DNA of 61,203 nucleotides from a virus (Duplodnaviria; Caudoviricetes): IMG/VR virus record IMGVR_UViG_3300042517_000342, positions 1 to 61,203 of that record; one strand, written 5' to 3'. Positions 16,238-26,200 of this stretch are shown piece by piece (position 1 is the first letter of the stretch; each line of letters starts with the position of its first letter). The position numbers and the translations under genes are program-made. A model generated the notes under the pieces. It was not told the origin of the DNA, did not search any database, and was given only the letters and a program-made list of their open reading frames with translations.

Positions 16238-19200
16238 GGTCAACCCCCCGGTCGAGTTGGAGAACGATGGGATTGTCCTCAACCAAGGACTAGACCTCAC
16301 CACCTCCAATCTCCAAGTGGACAAGGGTGCCCTTCGGGATTGTCTCAACTTCGAAGTGGTGGATCGTCTAGGCTACCAGACTCTGAGCGGGTTTGATCGG
16401 TACGACGGAAGTCTCTCCCCCGATCAAGTAGAGTTCTATGTGTTCGAGCTGGACCTTGACAACTCCCCAATCCCTCCGGGGGCGGGGGATAAGTTCCGAT
16501 CTCAAGCCACCCCCGCAAACCGTTACGGTGTTATCGTAGAGCGGCTTGTCCAAGGCCCTCGCCAGTACATCGTGTACGCACGCTTTTCAGCCGACCTTAC
16601 TCCGTCTGGAGGAGAGACTCTTGAGGTGTACAACGCAGGCGGATTGACGGCTCCGTTCGAGCCTCTTAGCGCTCCGGTGCCGTATACTCAGTTCACCGAC
16701 GACGAAAACGCAGCGGACATCTATGCTCGATTCGAGGGTTGGAACGATGTGCTCCGCGCTCAGATTGACGCCCTTCCCAACCAACCCATCGGTGTTCACT
16801 GGTATCGTGACCGGCTGTACGCTGTGGTTGACGAATTGCGTATGGGGTTCACCAGTGGCGGTGGTATTCTTGTAGCAGGGCCTCCTACGGAAGTTGCCCT
16901 CATCGAGCCCAACATGATCCTTCGAGATCAGGCCAACACGTTCTGTTGTCGGGTGCTTGATGTGGTGTTGCAAAGCGGAGCTTGGTTGCTTGGTAATGCG
17001 GTAGGTATGGTCTTGATCGAGCCTGTTCCGTTCTTCGACGGAGTGGACACTGCCTTCAACCAAGTACCTCCCACCTCTGGTAACTTTGATGCCTTGATTG
17101 AAGTTCCGAACAGTAGCAACTGGAACGACCCTGCCAACGACTACTTCATCAACCTGTTCACAGCCCGAGCCCTGACGGCTTCTGACCCTCAACCCACCTT
17201 CGCAGGATTGTGGCGTACCAAGGACGAACCTAGCCCCGGATGGGAGTACATCGAGTCCGGTTGGGTTGTTCCCTATAACAACGGCTTCTCTTTTGCGGAT
17301 ACCCTTCGAGCCGTCGAACGAGCCACGGATAACAACTTCCAGTTCGGATCGGATGACAAGCAAGGCTTGAGTGCCTTGTGGTTTAACGGAACAGATGTCT
17401 CCCCAGAGAACACGGAGATCACTCCGAACGAGCCGGGTTGGCGCGATGTGTCGGGGTTTGCTGTGGATGACACGGCTCTTGAGACGGATGACGGAGTGTA
17501 CCTCCACGGAGATATTGACTTCGGTGTGCGAGTCTCGGATGGTCTTACTACTCGCATCGCTAACGCCATCGTCAATAACCAGCCTGCCAGCGTCCAGCAG
17601 CGCCTTGCAAGCGTAGACCCTATAGCCCTACCGGCTAGCGGTACACAAGCCGCAGGCGTCTCCTCAGCCCGCTCTCCGATGATGTTCCTTGGGCTTGGGC
17701 CGATCTTTGACCAGATTCCCCGAGACGCACAAGTGTCGGGTATCGAGATCAGCGGTCAGATCAAGGTGGCCTTCGGAGTAAATGGCTTGATGCCGATTGC
17801 TACCTACGCCACCGCAGCGGATGCTGAGACGGCCCTTATCTCCCAAGTCAACAACTTGTTCCTTTGCTCAGCTCAGTTCGGATCGTACAACACGGATGCC
17901 GGTAAGTTTGAGACAAAGGGCCAGAAGCGCTCAGCTACCCTCCCCCTTCCCGCTACGCGGGCTTCGTACACTTGGAGCACCACCACAGGTGTGTTGGATC
18001 ACACGGTTGAGGGACTGTACGCTCTTGGGTCTGATACGACTTTGACCATCGGAGGCACGGCTGACCTGTTTGGGTTGGTGGACTTCGACCGGGAAGACTT
18101 CGATGACCAAGGGTTTGGCCTGATCCTTTACGGAGAGAATGCAGCTAACCCCACTCCCGGGATCAAGGTGACAGCCGTAAGCGCTGATCCCTTTGGTCTA
18201 GTGGGCGCTACCCGTCTTAGCTTCGATTCGTTGTTCATCAAGATTTACTACGATGAGCCGAGTGCTCGGTACTACGTCCGAGAGGCAGGTAGCACTTCCC
18301 GAGTCTTGACCTTTGATCTGGTAAAGAACACTGTGACCAGCGGTCAACTCCGGAACTCGGATGCTGTGGGTGAGCTTCAAGTTGTGAACGTCACCAATCA
18401 AAAGGGCAACGATCCCGCTTGGACGGAGGATAAGTTCACGATCAAGTCTGGAGATGAAATCTTCCTAGACGAAGCTCTGTCCCGAAAGGTAGCCGATGTC
18501 ACGGGTGCCATGACCTTGAACGGGTTTGCTCCTTTGAAGGACATCCTTTCTGAGGGTTCTCGATACCAGTTCATCACGGCAAACTTCTTTGCCCGAGAAG
18601 ATTGGGACGGATTCTACGGGGTGTCCGGTGCGGGGAAAGCCTTTTCATTCGCTGCCTTTGATGCGGACAATGACGGAGACGAGGAGCAGTACGTCCAGTT
18701 TATCACCACCAACACCATCGTCCCAGACGAGGACAAGCCCCGCCACGTAGCCTTTCACCAGTACCACCTAGCCCTTGGCTATCGGGATGGCACTGTGCGC
18801 TTCTCTGTGCCCGGAGAACCCGAGAACTTTGATGGACTAGCGGGTGCAGCAGAGGTGGGCGTGGGCGACCGCGTAACCGGCTTGCTGGGGATGCGAGGCA
18901 AAGCCCTTGGTGTGTTCTGTGATGGGTCTATCTACACCATCCTTGGGGACTCTGCTGAGACATTCAACGTGGAAGTCTTGAGTCCGTACTCAGGTGCTAT
19001 CGAGTACACAGTGGTGGATAACGGAGGCCAACCTCTTTACTGTGACTATCGTGGTATCTCCACGCTGGAGCAATCACAACGGTACGGTAACTTCGTAGGC
19101 TACCGAATCTCCCAGAAGGTCACGCCTTGGCTCCTTCCTCGTATGACTCGTGCGGACAACTTGTTCGAGGTCAACAACGCAGCGGGTGTGGTGTGCGCAG

Positions 19201-19844
19201 TCCCGGTTCGTAGCAAGAACCAGTACCGCATATTCTTCCGAGATGGGTTCTTCCTTATCTACACAGCTATGCCGGATGGATCGGGAGCTTTCACCTACGG
19301 CCAGTACTACCTCAACGAAGATCGGGACGATTACTTCGTACCTATCTGCCACTCGTCTCAAGTCGACAACGACGGAAAAGAGCGCATCCATATGGCTCAT
19401 TACTCCCCGAAGTCGGGTATCTCGGCAAGTGCTTCCAAGTACGTGTACGAGTTCGAGAATGGGTTGGGGTTCGATGGCTCGTGGTACGAGGCTTTCTTTG
19501 ATACGGCGTTCTCGTACAAAGACCCGTTCAAAGATAACACCATTCGGAAGATTCGGGCAGATGGCTTGACTCGTGGATATGGACCGTATACCATTACGGT
19601 TGCAAAGGACTACGACGAAGACTCGTACTCCTCTACCCTAATCCCGTTGAGCCTCCCGAGGAACCCCGGAGCGACTCCAACGACGGACTACAAGCCAGCA
19701 ACAACGATGGCTAACGTGGCGAAGGAAGGGCGTTGTTTGTCGTTCCGAGTGTCCCGAGACGAAGACCAAAAGACTCTCGTACCTCCCACGGTTTTCCAAG
19801 TCCTTCTCGTCCAGTACCAAAGCGGAGGAAAGCGGGACGCCTAG
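16218..19844 (+). CDS. Tail nozzle / tubular protein B-like, enlarged
   Basis: GLDLT...NFEV...GY...GFDRYDG N-terminus; HLAL...FSVPGEP; KNQYRIFF; position after the adaptor. Confidence 0.8.
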   Translation: MTQLNSKVNPPVELENDGIVLNQGLDLTTSNLQVDKGALRDCLNFEVVDRLGYQTLSGFDRYDGSLSPDQVEFYVFELDLDNSPIPPGAGDKFRSQATPANRYGVIVERLVQGPRQYIVYARFSADLTPSGGETLEVYNAGGLTAPFEPLSAPVPYTQFTDDENAADIYARFEGWNDVLRAQIDALPNQPIGVHWYRDRLYAVVDELRMGFTSGGGILVAGPPTEVALIEPNMILRDQANTFCCRVLDVVLQSGAWLLGNAVGMVLIEPVPFFDGVDTAFNQVPPTSGNFDALIEVPNSSNWNDPANDYFINLFTARALTASDPQPTFAGLWRTKDEPSPGWEYIESGWVVPYNNGFSFADTLRAVERATDNNFQFGSDDKQGLSALWFNGTDVSPENTEITPNEPGWRDVSGFAVDDTALETDDGVYLHGDIDFGVRVSDGLTTRIANAIVNNQPASVQQRLASVDPIALPASGTQAAGVSSARSPMMFLGLGPIFDQIPRDAQVSGIEISGQIKVAFGVNGLMPIATYATAADAETALISQVNNLFLCSAQFGSYNTDAGKFETKGQKRSATLPLPATRASYTWSTTTGVLDHTVEGLYALGSDTTLTIGGTADLFGLVDFDREDFDDQGFGLILYGENAANPTPGIKVTAVSADPFGLVGATRLSFDSLFIKIYYDEPSARYYVREAGSTSRVLTFDLVKNTVTSGQLRNSDAVGELQVVNVTNQKGNDPAWTEDKFTIKSGDEIFLDEALSRKVADVTGAMTLNGFAPLKDILSEGSRYQFITANFFAREDWDGFYGVSGAGKAFSFAAFDADNDGDEEQYVQFITTNTIVPDEDKPRHVAFHQYHLALGYRDGTVRFSVPGEPENFDGLAGAAEVGVGDRVTGLLGMRGKALGVFCDGSIYTILGDSAETFNVEVLSPYSGAIEYTVVDNGGQPLYCDYRGISTLEQSQRYGNFVGYRISQKVTPWLLPRMTRADNLFEVNNAAGVVCAVPVRSKNQYRIFFRDGFFLIYTAMPDGSGAFTYGQYYLNEDRDDYFVPICHSSQVDNDGKERIHMAHYSPKSGISASASKYVYEFENGLGFDGSWYEAFFDTAFSYKDPFKDNTIRKIRADGLTRGYGPYTITVAKDYDEDSYSSTLIPLSLPRNPGATPTTDYKPATTMANVAKEGRCLSFRVSRDEDQKTLVPPTVFQVLLVQYQSGGKRDA

Positions 19845-19892
19845 TGCGTCCCCTTTCTCCAACCCAAGAACATCCAAGGAGAAACCGAGACT

Positions 19893-20840
19893 ATGGAATT
19901 GGTCGACAGCAATTTCAACAGTAACTCAGGCTCTAACTCCCAGTGGGGTACAGCAGGTACTCTCGGAAGTCAGGGCTTGTATCAGCAGGTAGCACCTCCT
20001 CGACAGTCCCAAGCCCGAGGAATCCAAGGCACGGACAATCGAGCATACACCCGGAATGTCACGGGCAACGAGCTTGTCCAGAACCAGATGCAAGGGTTGA
20101 TGAACCGAGGCGGGGCCTACATGCAAAACGCCGCAAGGCGTGGCTTGGAGACGGCGAACCGTCGAGGACTTCTTAACTCATCCATCGCCGCTGGCAGTGC
20201 TGAGCGAAGTGCCCTTGAAGCAGCTATGCCGATTGCTCAAGCTGATGCAGCTACCTTCGGTCGTACTCAATCCGAGAACATGGAGTCCCTTAATCGGGGC
20301 TTGATGCAAGAGCGAGATATCCTCAACCAGCAAACTTTGGAGGGCAGACGGCAAGCGGGAGCGGGTATCCAAGCGGGGCTTCAAGCTCAGCTCGCCCGTG
20401 AGCAAATGGCTCTTGACCTCCAGCGTCAGCGAGAGAACCTTGCGTTCTCGGGTGAACAGCAAGGACTGGATCGTAGCCAGCAGCAATGGCTTGCTCAGTT
20501 CGGACTAGGCGCTGACCTTACCCGTGGTCAGCAAGGGTTTGGTTTCCAGAGTGCTCTTAGCCGTCAAGGCTTCGATCAAGATATTGGTCGGATGGGCTAC
20601 CAAGACTACTACAACTCCCTTGAAGGCCAGCGAGACATGCAGCGTCAAATGCAGCTTGCTCAGTTCGGCGCTGGTGTGAACGTCATGAACAACTACTACA
20701 ACACGATGGTAGATGACTACTTCACCAACCCGGAAATCTATCAAGACCCGGTTCGTCGTCAGACTATCATGCAATTTGGTCAGTCGTTCATGCCTCAGTT
20801 TATGATGGACTTCCGCTCTGTTTACAACACCCGAGGATAA
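19893..20840 (+). CDS. Internal virion (ejection) protein
   Basis: ANRRGLLNSSIAAG...AMPIAQADA motif; Gln-rich. Confidence 0.75.
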   Translation: MELVDSNFNSNSGSNSQWGTAGTLGSQGLYQQVAPPRQSQARGIQGTDNRAYTRNVTGNELVQNQMQGLMNRGGAYMQNAARRGLETANRRGLLNSSIAAGSAERSALEAAMPIAQADAATFGRTQSENMESLNRGLMQERDILNQQTLEGRRQAGAGIQAGLQAQLAREQMALDLQRQRENLAFSGEQQGLDRSQQQWLAQFGLGADLTRGQQGFGFQSALSRQGFDQDIGRMGYQDYYNSLEGQRDMQRQMQLAQFGAGVNVMNNYYNTMVDDYFTNPEIYQDPVRRQTIMQFGQSFMPQFMMDFRSVYNTRG

Positions 20841-20846
20841 CCAGAA

Positions 20847-21437
20847 GTGACAACCCCGCCCCGTTTCATCAAGATCATCGACGAGTTTACTCCCCCGGAG
20901 TTCTACAAAACTATCCGATCCTTGATACTCGGGGTGGACTTCACTGAGTACGAGTTTGCTGGTAAGACGTACCTCGGGGTGGCAGGACTGACCCTTCCCA
21001 TCAAGAAGCACATCGAGAGGCACATGGGTAAGGAGGTGGAGTTCACGATGTCTCACGTTCGTATGGGAAACGAGAACACACCTCTCACCAACTACATCCA
21101 TGCGGACAATGCAGCTTGCAAGTACGCTTGTGTGTGGTATCTCAACGAGCCGGAGTGTGAGACGGGAACCCAGTTCTGGCTACACAACGAGACAAACATG
21201 GACCGTATGCCTTGGCCTCCTCCCAAAGATTTGTGGGATGCGGTAGACAAGGATACTCGGGACGAAAGCAAGTGGACAAAAATGGAATACGCTTCGGCTA
21301 AGGCTAATCGAGCAGTGCTGTTCGACAGCCAGTTGTTCCACTCACGATACCCAAAAGACCTTCCACTCACAAGTGCTATGGAGCCACGCCTCGTGTGTGT
21401 GGTGTTCTTCAACATCAAGGGAGAGTCCATCGAATGA
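20847..21437 (+). CDS. 2OG-Fe(II) oxygenase-like protein (DUF6445-like)
   Basis: HxD (IHAD), VWYLN...GTQF, NRAVLFDS.LFHS, RL.V.F. Confidence 0.8.
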   Translation: MTTPPRFIKIIDEFTPPEFYKTIRSLILGVDFTEYEFAGKTYLGVAGLTLPIKKHIERHMGKEVEFTMSHVRMGNENTPLTNYIHADNAACKYACVWYLNEPECETGTQFWLHNETNMDRMPWPPPKDLWDAVDKDTRDESKWTKMEYASAKANRAVLFDSQLFHSRYPKDLPLTSAMEPRLVCVVFFNIKGESIE

Positions 21438-21667
21438 CGATCAGACTTTGTGATTGGGAAGAGATTGAAGATGACTACGACCAGCACCTCAACCAGCAAG
21501 GTGACATGATAGCCTTGAGGCACGAGAGTGGGGCGACGTACAACGTCTACTTCAACCACCAAGAGGACAAGGCTTTCCTTTCGTTTCCCGAGGAAACAAC
21601 GGACGAGATTCGAGAGATCGTGTTCAAGATCATCAACGCCTTGGGCTACGAGCCTGTGGCCGTATAG
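21434..21667 (+). CDS. Hypothetical acidic protein
   Basis: ATGA overlap with the oxygenase stop; 77 aa. Confidence 0.6.
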   Translation: MTIRLCDWEEIEDDYDQHLNQQGDMIALRHESGATYNVYFNHQEDKAFLSFPEETTDEIREIVFKIINALGYEPVAV

Positions 21668-21687
21668 ACTAAGGAGGACTTCACAAG

Positions 21688-22098
21688 ATGGAAGTTTGGA
21701 TTGCAAGTACCGTGGTCGGAGTGTACTCTGCACGGAAAGCATCAAAGAGCGCCAAGGCTCAAAGCGAGTTCGAGGCTATGACGAATAAAGAGATGGTTCC
21801 GATCCAAGGCTACGAGCAGCGTCGGACGATGCAGTTCGAGGCGGACATGATTGAGCGGAACCTTCAGAAGGAGCGGGCACGCCGTGCTGCTGCCTTCGAC
21901 AAGATGGGTCAGCAGATGGGCTTGGCTCAGTCGGGCTACACCCCGGTTGGAGTTTCTATCCCCGATGCTCCGGTCAACCCCGTCCCTAACGACGAAGTGT
22001 ACCAGCGCACCTCGGGTCTTAGCAACGTCGGACCTACCGCCCCTCAAGCGGGAGCCGCACCTTTGCCTTCTAATACCCTTCCGATGCAAGGACGATAA
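21688..22098 (+). CDS. Putative internal virion protein
   Basis: AAGGAGG SD; IASTVVGVYSARKASKSAKAQ N-terminus typical of small ejection proteins. Confidence 0.65.
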   Translation: MEVWIASTVVGVYSARKASKSAKAQSEFEAMTNKEMVPIQGYEQRRTMQFEADMIERNLQKERARRAAAFDKMGQQMGLAQSGYTPVGVSIPDAPVNPVPNDEVYQRTSGLSNVGPTAPQAGAAPLPSNTLPMQGR

Positions 22099-22103
22099 CG
22101 CAC

Positions 22104-22610
22104 ATGCTCAGTAAAGCACCGATGAAGATGAAAGAGATGGAGGACGAGGAGAAGGAGTCCAGCCCGAAGCTGTCTCCTGAAGAAGCAGCAGACTTGAAGA
22201 TTGCCTCTTCCCTTCTCACCACCAGTCTTCTTTCCGAACAAGGCGAACAAGCCCTTGTCACTGCCCTGTCTGGCCCTGAGCCTGAGAAAGCTGTGGCTGT
22301 CATCATTGCCCAAATCATTGAGATGGCTCAGACCGAATCTGGTCAGACTGACATCCCGATGACCCCGACTGTTTGGTTGATGGAAGACGGGGCTATCGAC
22401 AATGCCGAAGAAGACATCGAGATGATTGCCGAAGCCAATGGCGTCGAACTTCCCGATGACTTTGTGGAGCTGGTCATTGATGAGGTAGCAACTGTGCTCA
22501 TGAAGCGACGAGAGGATATTCTTGCCAAACAGCAAGGGGGCGGTGCTCCGCCTTCTCCGGCTCCGATGCCGGGACAACCGATGGGAGGTATGCCTAATGG
22601 GATGGGGTGA
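22104..22610 (+). CDS. Hypothetical acidic protein in the virion module
   Basis: 168-aa ORF in the operon. Confidence 0.65.
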   Translation: MLSKAPMKMKEMEDEEKESSPKLSPEEAADLKIASSLLTTSLLSEQGEQALVTALSGPEPEKAVAVIIAQIIEMAQTESGQTDIPMTPTVWLMEDGAIDNAEEDIEMIAEANGVELPDDFVELVIDEVATVLMKRREDILAKQQGGGAPPSPAPMPGQPMGGMPNGMG

Positions 22611-23214
22611 TGCGTGGGCTGGTCTTAGCCAGCAGTCGTTTGGCCTAGCGGTTGACTCCCTCCGAGGGATGCAACAGAACAAGTACCAAACTCAACGAGA
22701 TGAGGCTGCCCGCATCGCGGAGGAGAAGCGAGAGAAAGCTCGTCGCTCATACGAGGAGCGGATGCAAGCACAAAAGATGGAGTTCGAGAAGGGACTCCGC
22801 GCTGAAGATCGCAATTACCGAATGAAAGAGAACAAGCAGCAGCAGTCGTTCCAGCTTGCACGGGATGCCGCTCAGGCAGAGCGAGAGGCTAACGACCCAT
22901 ACCGCAAGTCTCTTGTTGAAGAGTCCCGCGCACGAGTGGAGGCTATGCGCTCACCACCGTCTGCGGGTGCTGGCGGGGGTGGCCTTGCTCGCGCTCAAGG
23001 TGCCAACCAGAAAGATATTGATGCAGCCCGTCGAATGGTAGAGACTCTGATGCGGCAAGAGAAGCTCTCCGCAGCACAGGCCGAAGAGCGTGTTGCCCAG
23101 ATGTTCTCAGAGGATATTGCTCAACGGGCTTTCCCCGGCAGGGCCAACCGCATCGGTCAAGCAGCTCAAACGCTCCAAGGTCTTTCTCAAAGGGCTGGAG
23201 CGTACTTTCAATAA
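22597..23214 (+). CDS. Putative internal virion protein (coiled coil)
   Basis: GGAGG SD before ATG 22597; MGWGDAWAGL; Q/E/R-rich. Confidence 0.65.
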   Translation: MGWGDAWAGLSQQSFGLAVDSLRGMQQNKYQTQRDEAARIAEEKREKARRSYEERMQAQKMEFEKGLRAEDRNYRMKENKQQQSFQLARDAAQAEREANDPYRKSLVEESRARVEAMRSPPSAGAGGGGLARAQGANQKDIDAARRMVETLMRQEKLSAAQAEERVAQMFSEDIAQRAFPGRANRIGQAAQTLQGLSQRAGAYFQ

Positions 23215-23236
23215 CGTCTTAAACGAGAGGAACTAA

Positions 23237-26200
23237 ATGACCCGTATTGAACAAATCCAGCAGGCTCTGGCTCGTGCTCGTGCGGCTGGGGACAATGAAG
23301 CGGCAGCGGAGATTGAGTTTCTCCTTGCCCGTGAACAGGGCGAACAAGCTCTGCGGGTCAATGCCGCTAACCCCTCATCGGTAAATCTTACCCAAGAGCA
23401 GATTGACGAGAGACAGCGTGAGGCGGTACGGCGTGCGGAGGCTGCCAACCGAGCAGCTCCCCTCCCGGCAACTCCCCCCTCTGCCGACGAGACGACAATC
23501 GGCAGTTTGGCAGAGGCAGGCGGTGCGGGTATTCTTGACCAGCTTCAGCAGGCCGGCAGTTTTATTGGTGCCACTGTTGTCGATCCGGTTCAGAACGCCA
23601 TCGAGTGGGCCGAGGCTGGGCTGGTTGGTCGGGAGCCTCGCTACCGTAATCGCTTGGAAGAGTCCCGGCAAATCTCAGAAAATCTCCGCCAAGGTTTGGG
23701 AGAGATGTCCACAGCGGAGCAGGTTGCCTTTGGAGCAGGCTCTGCTGCTGGTATGATCCCTGAGACTTTGGTGGGTGGTGGTTTGATTCGCCAAGGTACG
23801 AGGGCCGGCACTGCCCTTCTCAACGAAGGTGCGGAGACTGCCGCTGAGTTTGCCCTCCGTCAAACACGCGAGGGCGCAGCGGCTACTTCTCTGCTGGCTC
23901 CCCGTCTTGGTGCCCAGACTTCTGCGGAAGCAGAGGCAGCGGGAGCAACCCCGCTTGAGGCAACTGTTGCTGGTGCGGCTGATACTCTCGGCACCATGCT
24001 CACAGCCGGCCTCCCCATCTCAGCTCGCGGTGGCTTGGCTAAGCGTACCGCCACCGGCGCGGTGGGCGGTGTTGCTGCTGAGGCTGGTGTCCAAGGCGCA
24101 GTCAACCCTCTCCTTCCCGAGGAGCTTGCTGCCCAGCGTGACCTTACCGATCCGACCAACCTGACCACTGCTGCTGGTCTGGGTGCTTTGATGGGTGCTG
24201 CGTTTGGTACTCGTCCGGCCCCTAAGCTGAGTGACGCTGCCCGCGATCTTGCGGCTATGCGTGACGCGGAAGTGGCTCGGGGTATCGAGTCGGCCCAAGA
24301 ACTCCCCGCCGTAGCCCAAGCCGAGCGGGCCATTGCCGAGTTGATGTCCAACCTCCCCGAAGGTGGTCTTGACTTGGAGACTCGTCGAGGCGAGGCGTCC
24401 ACCCTCCTCGACACGACTCCCGTCATCGAAGAGCCTGCTGGCCCCTCTTCTCCGTTCCTTCCTCGGTCCGATCGAGTCAACTTGGAAGCCCGTCAAGGAG
24501 AGGCGTCTACTCTCCTTGATGTGCCTACGGAAGTGGTTGCCGAACCGCAAGGTCCGGTGTCCGTGCTGCCGGGGGTTCGTCCTCAAGAGGCTCTTGCCCT
24601 TGACACTCCTCGCGGAGAGGCATCCCCGATTGAAGGCCCCGAGGCTACTCGGATGCGGTTCGAGGCCCAGCGGGTTGACGCCGAGGAGCAGACTGCCTTT
24701 CTCCAGAACGAGAAACAAACCCTCCTTCAAAACCCCACCCGAGAGAATCGAGTCCGGGTAAAAGAGATTGACCGAGAGCTTGGACGTCAAGCGATTCGTC
24801 GGGCTGTAGCAGTCAACGCCCTGAGCAACCCTCCCTCGGTGCAGTCAGCTCCGGTTGAAGCCCCTGCCCCAGAGTTGCCCCTTACGCGCCAAGCGCGAGT
24901 GAGTACCTTGGATGAGGCTAGGAGCCTTTCTCAGCCCATCCAACAGCCGGAGGCTACTACCCCCGCTCCTCTTCCCCAGACGGCTCCCACAGCCCCGCTC
25001 ACGCGGGCTGAACGTGTTGCTCAACGTACTGTTGCCGAGCAAGTTCTCAACCCGGAGACGGGCCAGATGGAGACGGTTGTGGAAGCAGCTATCTCCCCAG
25101 AGGATACTCGTCGCAAAGGGATTGAGGATTTCTTCTCGGGAGCTACCACTGAGCAGACGGCGGCTGTTCGGCAAGATCAAGCTGCTGGGTTGACCAATCG
25201 TTCGGTCGATCCTCGACTTGAAGCTGCTGCTGCGGCTATTGCTAACCGGACTGTTCCTCCCGAACAGCGTCGAGTCACTCCCCTTCGTGCGGCTCTTGGT
25301 CGGGCTAAGACGGCTTGGGATGCTCTTGCGGGTGTTCGTGCTGCCGTGGCTCGTGGTGAGAACCCGAACATCGAACGGTATGATCGTCTGATCCAAGTGC
25401 TCTCTACCGAAGACATGAAGGATGTGGAGTTCAAACTCCTCCAGCCTGAGACAGAAGCTACCACCGAAGCCCAGCGTCGAGTCAAGGAAGGTATTGGAAT
25501 TGACAAGTACACCAAGGGTCTTCACGAAGTTGATAACGCCACGGGTAAGCAAAGCGTTGTTATCACGGGTGACGGGTACGCTGGTCGAGATGGCACCAAG
25601 TCCGTTGAGACAACTCTTCATGAGATTGTCCACGCCAAAGGGACCAAGGCTATCCGCGAGGTTCTTAACGGAACCGAGAAGGACGAGCGTATTGTCAAGG
25701 CAGTCAAGAACTATGAGAACATCCGTAAGGAAGTTCGCAAGGCTGACCGGAAGGACTTGACCCGAGACGAAGCCGAGGCGGTTGACTACGCTACCGAGAA
25801 CTTGTACGAGTTTCACTCGGGAGCAATGACTAACCCGCTTGTCCAGAGTGCGATGAAGAAGGAGGGCTTTTTTAAGCGGTGGGTTAACACCATTCGAGTT
25901 TTGATTGGAGTACCCCGTAGCCAGAAGTCTGCTCTTGATGAAGTGCTGGATGCTGCTTACGCCATTGTGGATGCAGTCAACACCGTGAACGCAGAACGCC
26001 CCTCCCCACAAAATCAGACCAACACCTCAGCGTTCAAGCGTTGGTTTGATGGTTCGAGTATTGTGAATGATGATGGAAGTCCCCGTGTAGTTTATCACGG
26101 AACTAGGGCTGACTTCAGCGAGTTCCGCCCCGGAAATGGCTCATACGGGACTGGAATCTATATGACTCCTTCGCGAGAGTTTGCGGGAGCGACTTATGGG

